From Patescibacteria group bacterium (GTDB taxonomy: Bacteria; Patescibacteriota; Minisyncoccia; Phycocordibacterales; Phycocordibacteraceae), in assembly GCA_018970465.1 (NCBI GenBank), contig JAGWWI010000002.1, positions 4,517-68,516 of the forward strand: a stretch of DNA of 64,000 nucleotides, in the 5' to 3' direction. The position numbers and the translations under genes were made by a program. Below the pieces are notes generated by a model. It was not told where the DNA came from. It saw nothing but the letters and a program-made list of their open reading frames with translations, and did no database searches. This document shows, in pieces, positions 18,354-28,352 of the stretch. Numbering within the stretch: position 1 is the first letter of the stretch; the number at the start of each line of letters is the position of its first letter.

Positions 18354-20582
18354 ATGCCGAGGAAGCCGGAGAAGAACGGTGCCCGCAGCCGCAAGCCGCG
18401 CCAAGCGCGCGACGAGGCGGTGCGCGCCTACGACACCCTGATCCGGGTAGTCGCGGCGATCGCGCTTGTCGCGGCCGGTGTCCTCCTCGCGCTCGCGATC
18501 TTCGGCGGGGCGGGGCCAGCCGGGCGCGCGGCGTTCGCGGCCGCGTACGCCCTCGTCGGGATCGGCGCGTTCACCCTCCCCGTGGCGCTCATTGCGGTCG
18601 GCCTCTACGCGGGATTCGGGCGGCCCGCCCTATCGCCCTTGGCGACCTCGGGCGTCGCGCTTATCCTCGCGGCCGTTCTCGCCTTCGCTGGCCTCTTCCC
18701 GGGCGCGCCGGAGGGCGGGGCGGCGGGGCGCTACGTGGGCGGGATGCTCGATGGCTTCTTCGGCTTCTGGGGCGCCGTCGTGCTCCTCCTCGCCGTGATC
18801 GCGCTTGGCATCGCGATCGCGGGCGACATCGAGGCGATGGCGGTGCTCGTCCTCCAGAGTGCCGAGGCGCTCCGCGAGCGCCGCGCCGGGCGCGCCGATG
18901 AGACCCTCGCCGACGAAGACGACGACATGGGCGCAGAGCCGCCCGAAGAAGATGCGGACGAGGAGTACGAAGAGCCGGAGGATGAGGAGGATGCGTCCGA
19001 GAGCCCCGAGGCCGACCCGACGATCAACGTCTTCGGCACCGAGAAGCCGGGCCGCGCGGGCGCGGGCGGCATCGCGAACTTCGACGCAGCGTACGACCCG
19101 CCCCCCTTGTCGCTCCTCGGCGAAGACCGCGGCAAGCCCGGCACGGGCGACATCAAGGCGAACGCGAACATCATCAAGCGCACGTTCCAGAACTTCGGCA
19201 TCAACGTCGAGATGGATGAGGTGTCGGTGGGCCCCACCGTGACCCGCTATGCGGTGAAGCCCGCGGAAGGGGTGCGGCTCTCGAAGATCGTCTCGCTCGC
19301 CTCGAACCTCGAGCTCGCCCTCGCCGCGCACCCGGTTCGCATCGAGGCGCCGATCCCGGGCAAGTCGCTCGTCGGCATCGAGGTGCCGAACTCGACCAAG
19401 GCGATGGTCGGCCTTGGCGGAGTCCTCGGGAGCGGGGCGTGGCGCGAGAGTACGGCCCCGCTCCTCGCCGCGCTCGGCCGCGACATCACCGGCACGCCCC
19501 ACTATGTGAACGTCGCCAAGATGCCGCACGCCCTCGTCGCCGGCGCGACCGGCTCCGGGAAGTCGGTTGCGATCCACGCCCTCATCACCTCCCTCCTCTA
19601 CCGCAACGGCCCGGACCAGATGCGCTTCATCCTCGTCGACCCGAAGCGCGTCGAGCTCACGTCCTATAATGGTATCCCCCACCTCCTCACCCCGGTCATC
19701 ACGGAGCCGAAGAAGGCGATCCTCGCCTTGCGCTGGGCGGGCAAGGAGATGGAGCGGCGCTACAACGTGCTCGAGGCCGAGCGCGTGCGCGATATCGACT
19801 CCTACCACAAGACCGTCTATGAGCCGGCGAAGAAGCGCGCCCGCGAAGGGGCCGAGCTCCCGGAGGCGATGCCCTATATCGTCGTGGTGATCGACGAGCT
19901 CGCGGATATCATGACGAGCTTCCCGCGCGAACTCGAGGCGGCTATCGTCCGGCTCGCGCAGATGTCGCGCGCGGTCGGCATCCACCTCATCCTCTCGACG
20001 CAGCGCCCGTCGGTGAACGTGATCACCGGCCTCATCAAGGCGAACGTCCCGACCCGGCTCGCCCTCCAGGTCGCCTCGCAGATCGACTCGCGGACGATCC
20101 TCGACGCCTCGGGCGCCGAGACCCTCCTTGGCGCGGGCGACATGCTCTACCTCTCGAGCGACATGAGTAAGCCCGTGCGCCTCCAGACGGCGTTCATCAG
20201 CGAAAACGAGGTCAAGAAGGTCGTACAGCACATCAAGGCCCACAACCCGGGCGACTTGACCGCGATCGAGCTCGGCGGCGGGCCCGTCACGAGCGGCGGG
20301 GGCGAGTCGCTCTCGCTTGGCGGAGGGATGGGCGACGATGAAGAGATCGACGACGACCTCTACGAGGCGGCAAAGGCCGCGGTCGAGGAGGCCGGCCGCG
20401 CCTCGACGAGCTATCTGCAGCGGAAGCTGAAGATCGGCTACTCCCGCGCCGCGCGCCTTATGGACGTCCTCGAGGCCAAAGGCGTCATCGGCCCCGCCGA
20501 CGGTTCGAAGCCCCGCGAGGTCCTCAACCGTGCGGGCGGCGCAGCAGTCGAGGAGGAGGGCGAGACTGACGACGAGCTGTGA
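18354..20582 (+). CDS. ftsK: DNA translocase FtsK/SpoIIIE
   Basis: N-terminal TMs; PHALVAGATGSGKS; IDELAD; gamma domain LQRKLKIGYSRAARL. Confidence 0.96.
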   Translation: MPRKPEKNGARSRKPRQARDEAVRAYDTLIRVVAAIALVAAGVLLALAIFGGAGPAGRAAFAAAYALVGIGAFTLPVALIAVGLYAGFGRPALSPLATSGVALILAAVLAFAGLFPGAPEGGAAGRYVGGMLDGFFGFWGAVVLLLAVIALGIAIAGDIEAMAVLVLQSAEALRERRAGRADETLADEDDDMGAEPPEEDADEEYEEPEDEEDASESPEADPTINVFGTEKPGRAGAGGIANFDAAYDPPPLSLLGEDRGKPGTGDIKANANIIKRTFQNFGINVEMDEVSVGPTVTRYAVKPAEGVRLSKIVSLASNLELALAAHPVRIEAPIPGKSLVGIEVPNSTKAMVGLGGVLGSGAWRESTAPLLAALGRDITGTPHYVNVAKMPHALVAGATGSGKSVAIHALITSLLYRNGPDQMRFILVDPKRVELTSYNGIPHLLTPVITEPKKAILALRWAGKEMERRYNVLEAERVRDIDSYHKTVYEPAKKRAREGAELPEAMPYIVVVIDELADIMTSFPRELEAAIVRLAQMSRAVGIHLILSTQRPSVNVITGLIKANVPTRLALQVASQIDSRTILDASGAETLLGAGDMLYLSSDMSKPVRLQTAFISENEVKKVVQHIKAHNPGDLTAIELGGGPVTSGGGESLSLGGGMGDDEEIDDDLYEAAKAAVEEAGRASTSYLQRKLKIGYSRAARLMDVLEAKGVIGPADGSKPREVLNRAGGAAVEEEGETDDEL

Positions 20583-20902
20583 ATCGCGCCCTGATCGCCG
20601 TCGTCCTCGCGGTCGTCCTCGGCTATGGCCTCTTCGAGGGGTACCCCTTGCTCGCGGGGCCCTCACTCGTGGTCGCCTCGCCCGCCGAGGGCGCGCATGC
20701 GCCGGACGGCGTCGTGACCGTCTCGGGCCGCGCGGCGCGCACGGTGGCGCTCACGCTCGATGGGGCGGCGCTCCTCCCCGATCAGTCTGGGCGCTTCGGG
20801 GCCACCCTCGCCTTCCCGCCCGGGGGGTCTATACTTACCTTCACGGCGACCGACCGCTTCGGCCGGAGAACGACCGTGACCCGCGCCATTTACGTACCCT
20901 AA
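20579..20902 (+). CDS. Small membrane-anchored Ig-like protein
   Basis: TM plus ...FTATDRFGR.. Ig-like end; overlaps the ftsK stop. Confidence 0.6.
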   Translation: MNRALIAVVLAVVLGYGLFEGYPLLAGPSLVVASPAEGAHAPDGVVTVSGRAARTVALTLDGAALLPDQSGRFGATLAFPPGGSILTFTATDRFGRRTTVTRAIYVP

Positions 20903-20912
20903 CTTTTGTCTC

Positions 20913-21965
20913 ATGCCCGCATTCAAGAAGAAGGTCCCCAAAGCAGCGAAGGAAGTGGCCGCGGCCGCCGGCGCAGACAAGGACGCCAAGCAGCGCTCGA
21001 TCGAGGCTGCGCTCAAGGAGATCCGCACCAAGTTCGGCGACGAGGCGATCACGACCTATGGCAGCGGCACCCCGCAGAAGATCCCGGCGATCCCGACCGG
21101 CTCGGAGGGGCTCGACGCCGCCCTCGGGATCGGCGGCCTGCCGCGCGGGCGCATCATCGAGATCTTCGGGCCGGAATCTTCGGGCAAGACGACGCTCGCC
21201 CTGCACGTCATCGCGGAGGCGCAGAAGTCGGGCGGCATCGCCGCTTTCGTCGACGCCGAACACGCCCTCGACCCGGAGTATGCGCGGCGCATCGGCGTCA
21301 AGCTCCCCGAGCTCCTCATCAGCCAGCCGGACACGGGCGAGCAGGCCCTCGATATCGTCGAGAGCCTGGTGCGGAGCGGGAACGTGGACGTGATCGTCGT
21401 CGACTCGGTCGCGGCCTTGACCCCGAAGGATGAGATCGAAGGCGAGATGGGCCAGCAGCACGTCGGCAAGCAGGCGCGGCTCATGTCGCAGGCCTTGCGC
21501 AAGCTGACCGCGATCGTCGCGCGCTCGAAGACGATCGTCATATTCATCAACCAGATCCGCATGCAGATCGGCGTCATGTTCGGCAATCCAGAGACGACGC
21601 CGGGCGGCAAAGCGCTCAAGTTCTACACCTCGGTGCGCCTCGACATCCGCCGCATCGCGAGCATCAAGAAGGGCGAGGAGGTCGTGGGTGGTCGCGTCCG
21701 CGTGAAAGTGGTCAAGAACAAGGTCGCCGCGCCCTTCAAGACGACCGAGTTCGACCTCCTCTACAACGAGGGCATCAGCCGCGAGGGCGAATTGATCGCG
21801 CTCGGCGAGAAGTTCGGCCTTCTCACCAAGAGCGGCGCCTCCTACAAGATGGGCGAGGAGAAGCTCGCGACCGGCTACGACGCCACCCGCACCTACCTCC
21901 GCGAGCACAAGGACGTCGCCAAAGAGCTCTTGAAGCAGATCCGGGTGAAGCTTGCGGACGGGTGA
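20913..21965 (+). CDS. recA: Recombinase RecA
   Basis: GPESSGKTT; [11 protein letters not shown]; GGKALKFY. Confidence 0.99.
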   Translation: MPAFKKKVPKAAKEVAAAAGADKDAKQRSIEAALKEIRTKFGDEAITTYGSGTPQKIPAIPTGSEGLDAALGIGGLPRGRIIEIFGPESSGKTTLALHVIAEAQKSGGIAAFVDAEHALDPEYARRIGVKLPELLISQPDTGEQALDIVESLVRSGNVDVIVVDSVAALTPKDEIEGEMGQQHVGKQARLMSQALRKLTAIVARSKTIVIFINQIRMQIGVMFGNPETTPGGKALKFYTSVRLDIRRIASIKKGEEVVGGRVRVKVVKNKVAAPFKTTEFDLLYNEGISREGELIALGEKFGLLTKSGASYKMGEEKLATGYDATRTYLREHKDVAKELLKQIRVKLADG

Positions 21966-22001
21966 TAGACTGAAAGTACGTAAACAATAAACAGCTCGCG
22001 T

Positions 22002-22826
22002 ATGTACTGTAGCAACTGCGGAAGAAAAAATGACCCTGACGCGAATTTTTGTGAAAAATGCGGCGCGGCTCTTACCAAGGAATCCGTTCCTGTCCTCCGA
22101 GAGTCTGCTCCGGTTACGAGCACCGCTCCCTCGACTCAATCGGAACCTGTCGCCGCACCTCCGACGGGAAAAGGTGTCATTAAGTGCGGCAATTGCGGGT
22201 ACATCGGCCCAGGCGAACCGGCACGGAGCCTGTGGGCGAAAATTCTTGCGTGGATATGCGTGATCTTTGCTCCGCTCATCACTATCCTCTACTTCGTCGC
22301 GACCCACAAATATCGCTGTCCGAAGTGCCACTCCACGTTTCTAGGAATACGAAACAAGAACGGGGAATTCATCCAAGGCCAGAACGGCGTTAGCAGAGCC
22401 GTTACCATAATCATTCTCGTGTTCGTCGGATTATTTGTTATCGGTGTTCTGGCTGCAGTGGTGCTGGCTTCGCTCAACACAGCCCGTGCGAAAAGCAGGG
22501 ACGCCGCTATCGAATCTCGTCTGGACAGTATCCGTGCGGAAGCGGAAGTGTACTATGGGGGCGCCGGCGATAACAGCTACGGGAACGGGACCGACTCTTG
22601 CGCGGACGGCATGTTTGCCGCCGATGCGACCATCGCAAGCGAGTTGCAAGACATTTCGAGCCTCAATCCAAACGGCGAGATGTCGTGCGCCGTTTCAACC
22701 GACGGGAGCGCCTATGCTCTACAAGCGCAGCTCACCTCTGACTCGGGCACGTATTGGTGTGTCGACTCGGCTGGCCTATCTAAAGAAGAGACTTCTTCGT
22801 TGGGGGCGGGCACACGTTGTCCGTAG
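22002..22826 (+). CDS. Zinc-ribbon membrane protein with C-terminal type IV pilin-like domain
   Basis: CxxC pairs; IGVLAAVVLASLNTARAKSRDA pilin helix; YWCVDS. Confidence 0.7.
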   Translation: MYCSNCGRKNDPDANFCEKCGAALTKESVPVLRESAPVTSTAPSTQSEPVAAPPTGKGVIKCGNCGYIGPGEPARSLWAKILAWICVIFAPLITILYFVATHKYRCPKCHSTFLGIRNKNGEFIQGQNGVSRAVTIIILVFVGLFVIGVLAAVVLASLNTARAKSRDAAIESRLDSIRAEAEVYYGGAGDNSYGNGTDSCADGMFAADATIASELQDISSLNPNGEMSCAVSTDGSAYALQAQLTSDSGTYWCVDSAGLSKEETSSLGAGTRCP

Positions 22827-22843
22827 GCAAACCTCCACCTCGT

Positions 22844-24529
22844 ATGTACTGCAAAATATGCGGACATAGAATTGAGCGGGGTAAAAAGTTTTGTAAAAAT
22901 TGTGGCTCATCAGTCCCGAGCAGCTTTTTCACCGCCCTATTAGGCGCGGTGCCCCTTGGCACCGCGCGTCGCCTGGACATGCGCAACCCTTGGATCTGGC
23001 TCGGGATAGGGGTGGCTACCGCAAGCTTCGGTGCCATACTCCTTGTATGGCCTCTGCATCCGCACGGGAAAAGTCCGACTGTCATCGTTCCCCAGAATCA
23101 ATTGGCTGTGGTCGATATAAACTGCGATACAGGATACGGCGGGTCGGGAACCGTCTTCACGAGTGACGGCACCATATTGACGAACAACCATGTCATTCAG
23201 GGAGCAAAGGAGTGCGAAGTCACCATCCCGGACCCTGCGACGGGACAGATCAGTAAGATTTATAAAGCGGTCCCTAGTATCGTCCCGAAGCTCAGCAAGA
23301 AGTATGATGTTGCGACCTTAAAGATCGATGCCGCATACACCGATAAGAACGGGAAGACGTGGGGGACCTACCCCGCTACGTTTACGGCATTCGTTTCTCC
23401 CAGCACTTGCGATCCCACTCAACCTTCAAAGCTCGGTGACTCTGTTCGCATTTACGGCTATCCCGTCACGAGCGGCGGCTACAATCTGACTGTCACGGAC
23501 GGCCTCTTGAGCAGCTTTTCTGATAATGGATATATCCTAACTTCTGCAAAAGTAGACAGCGGCAATTCCGGAGGTCTGGCTGTCGATCAAGACGGCTGCT
23601 GGCTGGGGATACCCTCGGCAGTTGAAGCGGGGAATTATCAAAATCTAGGAGTGATTATCCCGGGAGAAGTTGTCGCCGCAAACTTCCTGAATGCCGTTGC
23701 CGCCAAGGCAGACCCCGCAGCAATTAAGTCGCCCTTGCGCGCAGCTAACGCTGAATCCGCTGCAACCCCTCAGCTATCTAACGATCAGATATGCCAAAGC
23801 GGCTTTGGCCAAAATAGTGAATGGTCTGGGCAATTGGACAGTAGCGGCAAACCAACCTGCAGATGTAAAGACGGATATTCATGGGATGCAAGCGGTAATG
23901 CGTGCGCGCTTCAATCTGACCTGGAACAGTGGTGCGAAAGTAACTATGGCACTGGTAGTTATTCGTCCCCCCAGAACGGCAAGGCTACTTGTGGCTGTGA
24001 CACAGGGTACACTTGGAACGCGGGCCAGACAGCATGCGTTCCGCAAGAGACGAATGACGAACAGTGCCAGGCCGATTATGGAATCGGGAGCTACTGGACT
24101 GGCACAACTAATGCCCAAGGAGGCCCAACATGTGGCTGCCAATCGGGCTATGTTTGGAACACCGCTCAAACTGAGTGTGTCGCGCAGCCGAGTTGCCCTT
24201 TATACTCAAGTTATGACGCCTCTGCCGGACAATGCGAATGTTGGTCTGGCTATGTAACCACTGCGACGGGTTGCGAATCGGCCTTGACGTACTGCGAAAA
24301 TAAGGAGGGTTTTGGAGCCACTTATGATGCGGCCACGAATTCGTGCGAATGCGAGCCTGGCTATATGTTTGACGGGAGCACGTGCCAGTCAGGATATTCG
24401 TACTGCTCTGCACGATGGGGCGTAGGGGCTGAATATGATTACAATACAAATGGGTGCGCCTGTGGATATGGATACACGGTCAACAGCTCGGGTACCGGGT
24501 GCCAATCCATATACTCAACGTATTACTAA
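22844..24529 (+). CDS. Zinc-ribbon/TM trypsin-like serine protease with Cys-rich repeats
   Basis: TNNHV, DVA and GNSGG triad motifs; repeated CxCxxGYxW units. Confidence 0.85.
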   Translation: MYCKICGHRIERGKKFCKNCGSSVPSSFFTALLGAVPLGTARRLDMRNPWIWLGIGVATASFGAILLVWPLHPHGKSPTVIVPQNQLAVVDINCDTGYGGSGTVFTSDGTILTNNHVIQGAKECEVTIPDPATGQISKIYKAVPSIVPKLSKKYDVATLKIDAAYTDKNGKTWGTYPATFTAFVSPSTCDPTQPSKLGDSVRIYGYPVTSGGYNLTVTDGLLSSFSDNGYILTSAKVDSGNSGGLAVDQDGCWLGIPSAVEAGNYQNLGVIIPGEVVAANFLNAVAAKADPAAIKSPLRAANAESAATPQLSNDQICQSGFGQNSEWSGQLDSSGKPTCRCKDGYSWDASGNACALQSDLEQWCESNYGTGSYSSPQNGKATCGCDTGYTWNAGQTACVPQETNDEQCQADYGIGSYWTGTTNAQGGPTCGCQSGYVWNTAQTECVAQPSCPLYSSYDASAGQCECWSGYVTTATGCESALTYCENKEGFGATYDAATNSCECEPGYMFDGSTCQSGYSYCSARWGVGAEYDYNTNGCACGYGYTVNSSGTGCQSIYSTYY

Positions 24530-24579
24530 AATCTGCTGCCGCGCTTGAAGCGCGAAAGTGCGGCGCGTATGATGGGAGC

Positions 24580-25185
24580 GTGAATGAGGCGATCGCGGAG
24601 GTGGCGGCGGACGAGACCCGGGGTCTCCCGGGTCTCGTCGCGTTCGCTCCTGATGAGCTTGTCGAGTACCTTGGGCTCGTCAACTACGCGACCTCGGAGC
24701 GCGTGCTCAAAGAGATCGAGGATCGACTCCAGGCGAGCCCCGCCGCGCCCATACGCATGGTGGTCACCTCGGCGGGCGGGCCGTCGGGGACGGCGATGGG
24801 CTTCTACGACACCGTCCGCACGATCCTGCGCCCCGCTGCCCTGACGACGATCGGCGCGGGCGATGTCGACTCCTCGGGCATCCTCCTCTTACTCACCGGC
24901 TCGACGCGGCTCGTGACGGCGCACACGACCGGGCTCCTGCACCTCGCGGGGCGCTACTTCGACCCCAACACCCGCTACACCGCCCGCGACCTCCGCACCA
25001 TGGCGGCCGAGGATGAGGCGAAGGACCGGCAGTATGCGGCGATCGTCGCCGCCAATACGAGCGGCCGACTCTCCGCGACCGGCGTGCTCCGGATGATGCG
25101 GCGGGAGACGCTCCTCGCGCCGACAGACTTCGTGCGCTACGGCCTCGCGCACGCGGTCGTCGACGAAGGATCATTCCCGAATTAA
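24580..25185 (+). CDS. ClpP-like protease
   Basis: TSAGG; VDSSG (catalytic Ser position); LLHLA; YGLAHAV. Confidence 0.7.
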   Translation: MNEAIAEVAADETRGLPGLVAFAPDELVEYLGLVNYATSERVLKEIEDRLQASPAAPIRMVVTSAGGPSGTAMGFYDTVRTILRPAALTTIGAGDVDSSGILLLLTGSTRLVTAHTTGLLHLAGRYFDPNTRYTARDLRTMAAEDEAKDRQYAAIVAANTSGRLSATGVLRMMRRETLLAPTDFVRYGLAHAVVDEGSFPN

Positions 25186-25269
25186 CGCGCCGCTCATCCG
25201 CTCTCCGCTATCCTCTCGGCCACGGCCGAAGGTCGAGGCCGGCTTACGAGAGGCGTAACGAGAGCACGT

Positions 25270-25446
25270 ATGGCACGCAACATTGGCGGCCGCGGCTTCG
25301 CGGGCATGCCGGAGGAACGGCAGCGCGAGATCGCATCCGAGGGCGGCAAGGCCGCGCATCGCGCAGGCACCGCCCACGAGTTCGACTCCGAGAGCGCCCG
25401 CGCAGCAGGCAGGAAGGGCGGCCGGGCGCGGCACGCGAATCGCTAA
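25270..25446 (+). CDS. KGG-repeat general stress protein (58 aa, not in ORF track)
   Basis: MARNIGGRGFAGMPEERQREIASEGGKAAHRAGTAHEFDSESARAAGRKGG... Confidence 0.85.
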   Translation: MARNIGGRGFAGMPEERQREIASEGGKAAHRAGTAHEFDSESARAAGRKGGRARHANR

Positions 25447-25509
25447 GCCCGCATGGAGACGGCACGGGGCGCCCCGCTCGGGGCGCCCTGTGCGTTTAGG
25501 CACTGCCCC

Positions 25510-25845
25510 CTACGCGAGCGACGGAGCGGGCGCGAACGCGAACGCGATGGGGCGCAGCAGAGCGCGCGTGAGGATGAAGGCGGCGGCGGCGCTCGCAAGC
25601 ACGAGCGCCTGCACGACGAGCCGCGTATGCCGGAAGGCGTAGGCGAGGTAGCGCGCATGCGCGAAGAAGCCGTGCGGCCCGTTCGAGAACACCTTCGCGA
25701 CCCACACTTCCCGCCCGATCCCCCAGAGCGCAAGCGCGAGGACGAGCGCTGCGAGCGCGCCGCCCGAGACGAAGGGCCGGAGGAAGCGGATCGTCTGCAC
25801 GCGCCGCATCACGACGCGCTCGATGTCGGAGACGTCAGTCATGAT
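25510..25845 (-). CDS. Small two-TM protein, possible anti-sigma factor
   Basis: Overlaps the 3' end of the ECF sigma gene; hydrophobic segments. Confidence 0.5.
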   Translation of the reverse strand: MMTDVSDIERVVMRRVQTIRFLRPFVSGGALAALVLALALWGIGREVWVAKVFSNGPHGFFAHARYLAYAFRHTRLVVQALVLASAAAAFILTRALLRPIAFAFAPAPSLA

Positions 25846-26419
25846 GCTGCGTATCATACACGCTCTTGAATAGCTTCTTCGCGCGGTGCACGCGCGTCTT
25901 CACGGCCGGCACCGAGAGGCGCTCGGACGCCGCGATCTCCTCCTGGCTCTTGCCCTCGATGAATTGGAGCCGGAGGAGCCGGGCGGCAGCCTCCGGGAGC
26001 TTCGCAAGGGCGGCGAGGACCTCGCTCCGGATCGAGAGGTCGTCGAGGAAGCTCGCGGATTCGTCCGCGAGCGACTCGAGGTGCTCCGGCGCGAGCTCGA
26101 GCCGGCTCTCCCACCGGCGCTTCCGGCCCTGGTAGCGGGTGTAGCAGACGCGGTTCAGTATCGTATACGCCCAAGAGGCGAAGGTCGCGCCCTCTTGCGC
26201 CGCATAGCGGTCGACGTAGAGGTACATCTTGGTGAAGGCGTCTTGGACGGCCTCCTTCGCCTCCTCGGCGTCGCCGAGGATCGTCCGGGCCCGGCGCAAG
26301 AAGGCGCTCTCGTAGCGGCGGACCAACAGGGCGAACAGCGCCGGCTCGCGGCGCGAGCGCGCGAGGAGCTCGGCGTCCGCGAGGGCGCCGAGGTCTTCGG
26401 CCGTATTGAGCAAAGCCAT
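25835..26419 (-). CDS. ECF RNA polymerase sigma factor
   Basis: EAVQDAF, FASWAYTI, SQEEIA...AVKTRVHRAK. Confidence 0.9.
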   Translation of the reverse strand: MALLNTAEDLGALADAELLARSRREPALFALLVRRYESAFLRRARTILGDAEEAKEAVQDAFTKMYLYVDRYAAQEGATFASWAYTILNRVCYTRYQGRKRRWESRLELAPEHLESLADESASFLDDLSIRSEVLAALAKLPEAAARLLRLQFIEGKSQEEIAASERLSVPAVKTRVHRAKKLFKSVYDTQHHD

Positions 26420-26495
26420 GGTCTCTGCTAGCATACAGGAGTCGCCCGAGAGGGCTACTTTTTATAACGGCCGATACGGCCTTCAGGTTACGGAC

Positions 26496-27071
26496 ATGGC
26501 TACGCTCTCCTATAACGAGATCCTCCCCAAGACGATCATCCTCTACAATAACGAGCCCTACGAGGTGCTCTCCTCGCACATCTTCCGCATGCAGATGCGT
26601 AAGCCGGTCAACCAGACGCGGCTCCGCCACCTCGTCTCGGGGAAGGTCCTCGAGATCTCCTTCCATCAGAACGAGTCGGCCGAGGAGGCCGAGGTCTCCC
26701 GCATGGAGGCGCAGTACCTCTATACGAACCGCGGCGAGAGCTGGTTCGCCGAGGCGGGGAACCCGAAGAATCGCTTCAAGTTCGCCGAGGAGGCTGTCCA
26801 CGACCAGGTGCGGTGGCTCGCGCCGAACGCCGTTGTCGAGGTGGTGACCCACGACGACGAGCCCCTCTCGATCAAGATCCCAGTGAAGGTCGACCTCACG
26901 GTCGTCGAGGCCCCGCCGAACGTGAAGGGTGACACGGCGACCGGCGGCATGAAGCCCGTCAAGCTCGCGACCGGCGCCTCGGTCAATGTCCCGCTCTTCA
27001 TCAACACCGGCGACGTAATCCGCATCAACACCGACACCGGCGACTACACCGAACGCGTCTCGAAGGCGTAA
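26496..27071 (+). CDS. efp: Elongation factor P
   Basis: KGDTATGG.K; VPLFINTGDVIRINTDTGDY. Confidence 0.93.
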   Translation: MATLSYNEILPKTIILYNNEPYEVLSSHIFRMQMRKPVNQTRLRHLVSGKVLEISFHQNESAEEAEVSRMEAQYLYTNRGESWFAEAGNPKNRFKFAEEAVHDQVRWLAPNAVVEVVTHDDEPLSIKIPVKVDLTVVEAPPNVKGDTATGGMKPVKLATGASVNVPLFINTGDVIRINTDTGDYTERVSKA

Positions 27072-27075
27072 CCGC

Positions 27076-27115
27076 AGAAAAGCCCCGCCGCCCTTGCGGG
27101 CGGCGGGGCTTTTCT
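27076..27115. terminator. Bidirectional terminator between efp and rpsR
   Basis: AGAAAAGCCCCGCCGCCC-TTGC-GGGCGGCGGGGCTTTTCT. Confidence 0.8.
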
Positions 27116-27122
27116 TGTCGCG

Positions 27123-27329
27123 CTACGCCGCGACGTACGGGAGGAGCGCCATGTAGCGCGCGCGCTTGATCGCCTCCGTGATCTCGCGCTGCTTCCCTGC
27201 CGGGACGCCAGTGCGCTTCTTGCCGAGAATCTTCGCGTGCGGATTGGTGAATTGCTTCAGGTACGCGACGTCCTTGTAGTCGACGAACTTCTTGATCTCG
27301 ATCTCTTCCCGCTCGGATTGGTAAGCCAT
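27123..27329 (-). CDS. rpsR: 30S ribosomal protein bS18
   Basis: VDYKDV; AIKRARYMALLPY. Confidence 0.97.
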   Translation of the reverse strand: MAYQSEREEIEIKKFVDYKDVAYLKQFTNPHAKILGKKRTGVPAGKQREITEAIKRARYMALLPYVAA

Positions 27330-27363
27330 ATTTATATTTTTAAATGTATAAATATTTCAATAT

Positions 27364-27828
27364 TTAAAACGGAATGTCTTCCGGATTGATCTCCTCGTCC
27401 GGATACTGGATCTCGCCCGCGTCCTCCTTGGGCGCGGCGGGAGCGCTCTCGCGCGCCGGCGCCGCCTGGTAGCCGCCACCTTCCCCGCCGCGCCCCTGGC
27501 CGCCGTCGCCGAACTGGAAGTTGTCGACGACGATCTCGGTGCGATAGTTCTTCTTGCCCGTCTCCTTGTCGTCCCACGAGCGCGTCTGGATGCGCCCTTC
27601 GACGAAGAGCGGGCGGCCCTTCTTCATATACTGCGCAATCAATTCCGCCGAGCGGCCGAAGGCGACGCAGTTGTGGAACTCGGTCGCCTCCTGCTTGGCG
27701 CCGTCGCGGTCCTTGTAGACGCGATTCGTCGCGATCGAGAACGAGGCGACCTGGCCGCCCGAGGGCAAGGCGCGCATCTCCGGATCGCGCGTCAGGTTGC
27801 CGTAGAGGAAGGCTTTGTTGAGGTACAT
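27364..27828 (-). CDS. ssb: Single-stranded DNA-binding protein
   Basis: NKAFLYGNLTRDPE; C-terminal EDIPF. Confidence 0.98.
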   Translation of the reverse strand: MYLNKAFLYGNLTRDPEMRALPSGGQVASFSIATNRVYKDRDGAKQEATEFHNCVAFGRSAELIAQYMKKGRPLFVEGRIQTRSWDDKETGKKNYRTEIVVDNFQFGDGGQGRGGEGGGYQAAPARESAPAAPKEDAGEIQYPDEEINPEDIPF

Positions 27829-27834
27829 GATCGG

Positions 27835-28314
27835 TTAGATCGTCGCGTTCTCGAGCGCAGCGTCAAGCGCAGCGTCGTCGGCAGCCTCGGTCTGGCCCTC
27901 CGGCGCCTCGACCTTCTCCGCGAGCGCGGCGCGCTCGGCTGCTGCCTGCGCGGCGGCCTTCTCGGTCGCGAGGTCGATGAAGCGGATCACGCGCGCGTCG
28001 CCCCGCATCGCGGCGACGATCTCCTCGTGCGCCTCCGCCGAAGCCTCGTATGCGATCCAAGCGAAGTAGGCGGAGTCGAAGTCGCGCCGCCCGGCGGTCT
28101 CCTGCCGCGAGATAGTGTAGGCAAGCGGGATCTTCTGAGGCTCGCCCTCGGCGACCACCTCGCCCTGCTTGGTGACCAGGGCCCGGATCTCGTTATATGC
28201 CTTCTTCGCCTCCTCGACCCCGAGCTCCGGATCGAGGTGGGAGCCGAGCTCGTAGATGCGGGCCTCGCCCGCCTCCGTCTCGAGCCCCTCTTCTATCCCC
28301 TTCTTCTTAGCCAT
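27835..28314 (-). CDS. rpsF: 30S ribosomal protein bS6
   Basis: YEL..HLDP; LAYTI; rpsF-ssb-rpsR synteny. Confidence 0.9.
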   Translation of the reverse strand: MAKKKGIEEGLETEAGEARIYELGSHLDPELGVEEAKKAYNEIRALVTKQGEVVAEGEPQKIPLAYTISRQETAGRRDFDSAYFAWIAYEASAEAHEEIVAAMRGDARVIRFIDLATEKAAAQAAAERAALAEKVEAPEGQTEAADDAALDAALENATI

Positions 28315-28352
28315 AGTAGCCCTACCCTAGCACTCGAGAGCCCCCCTCGCAA

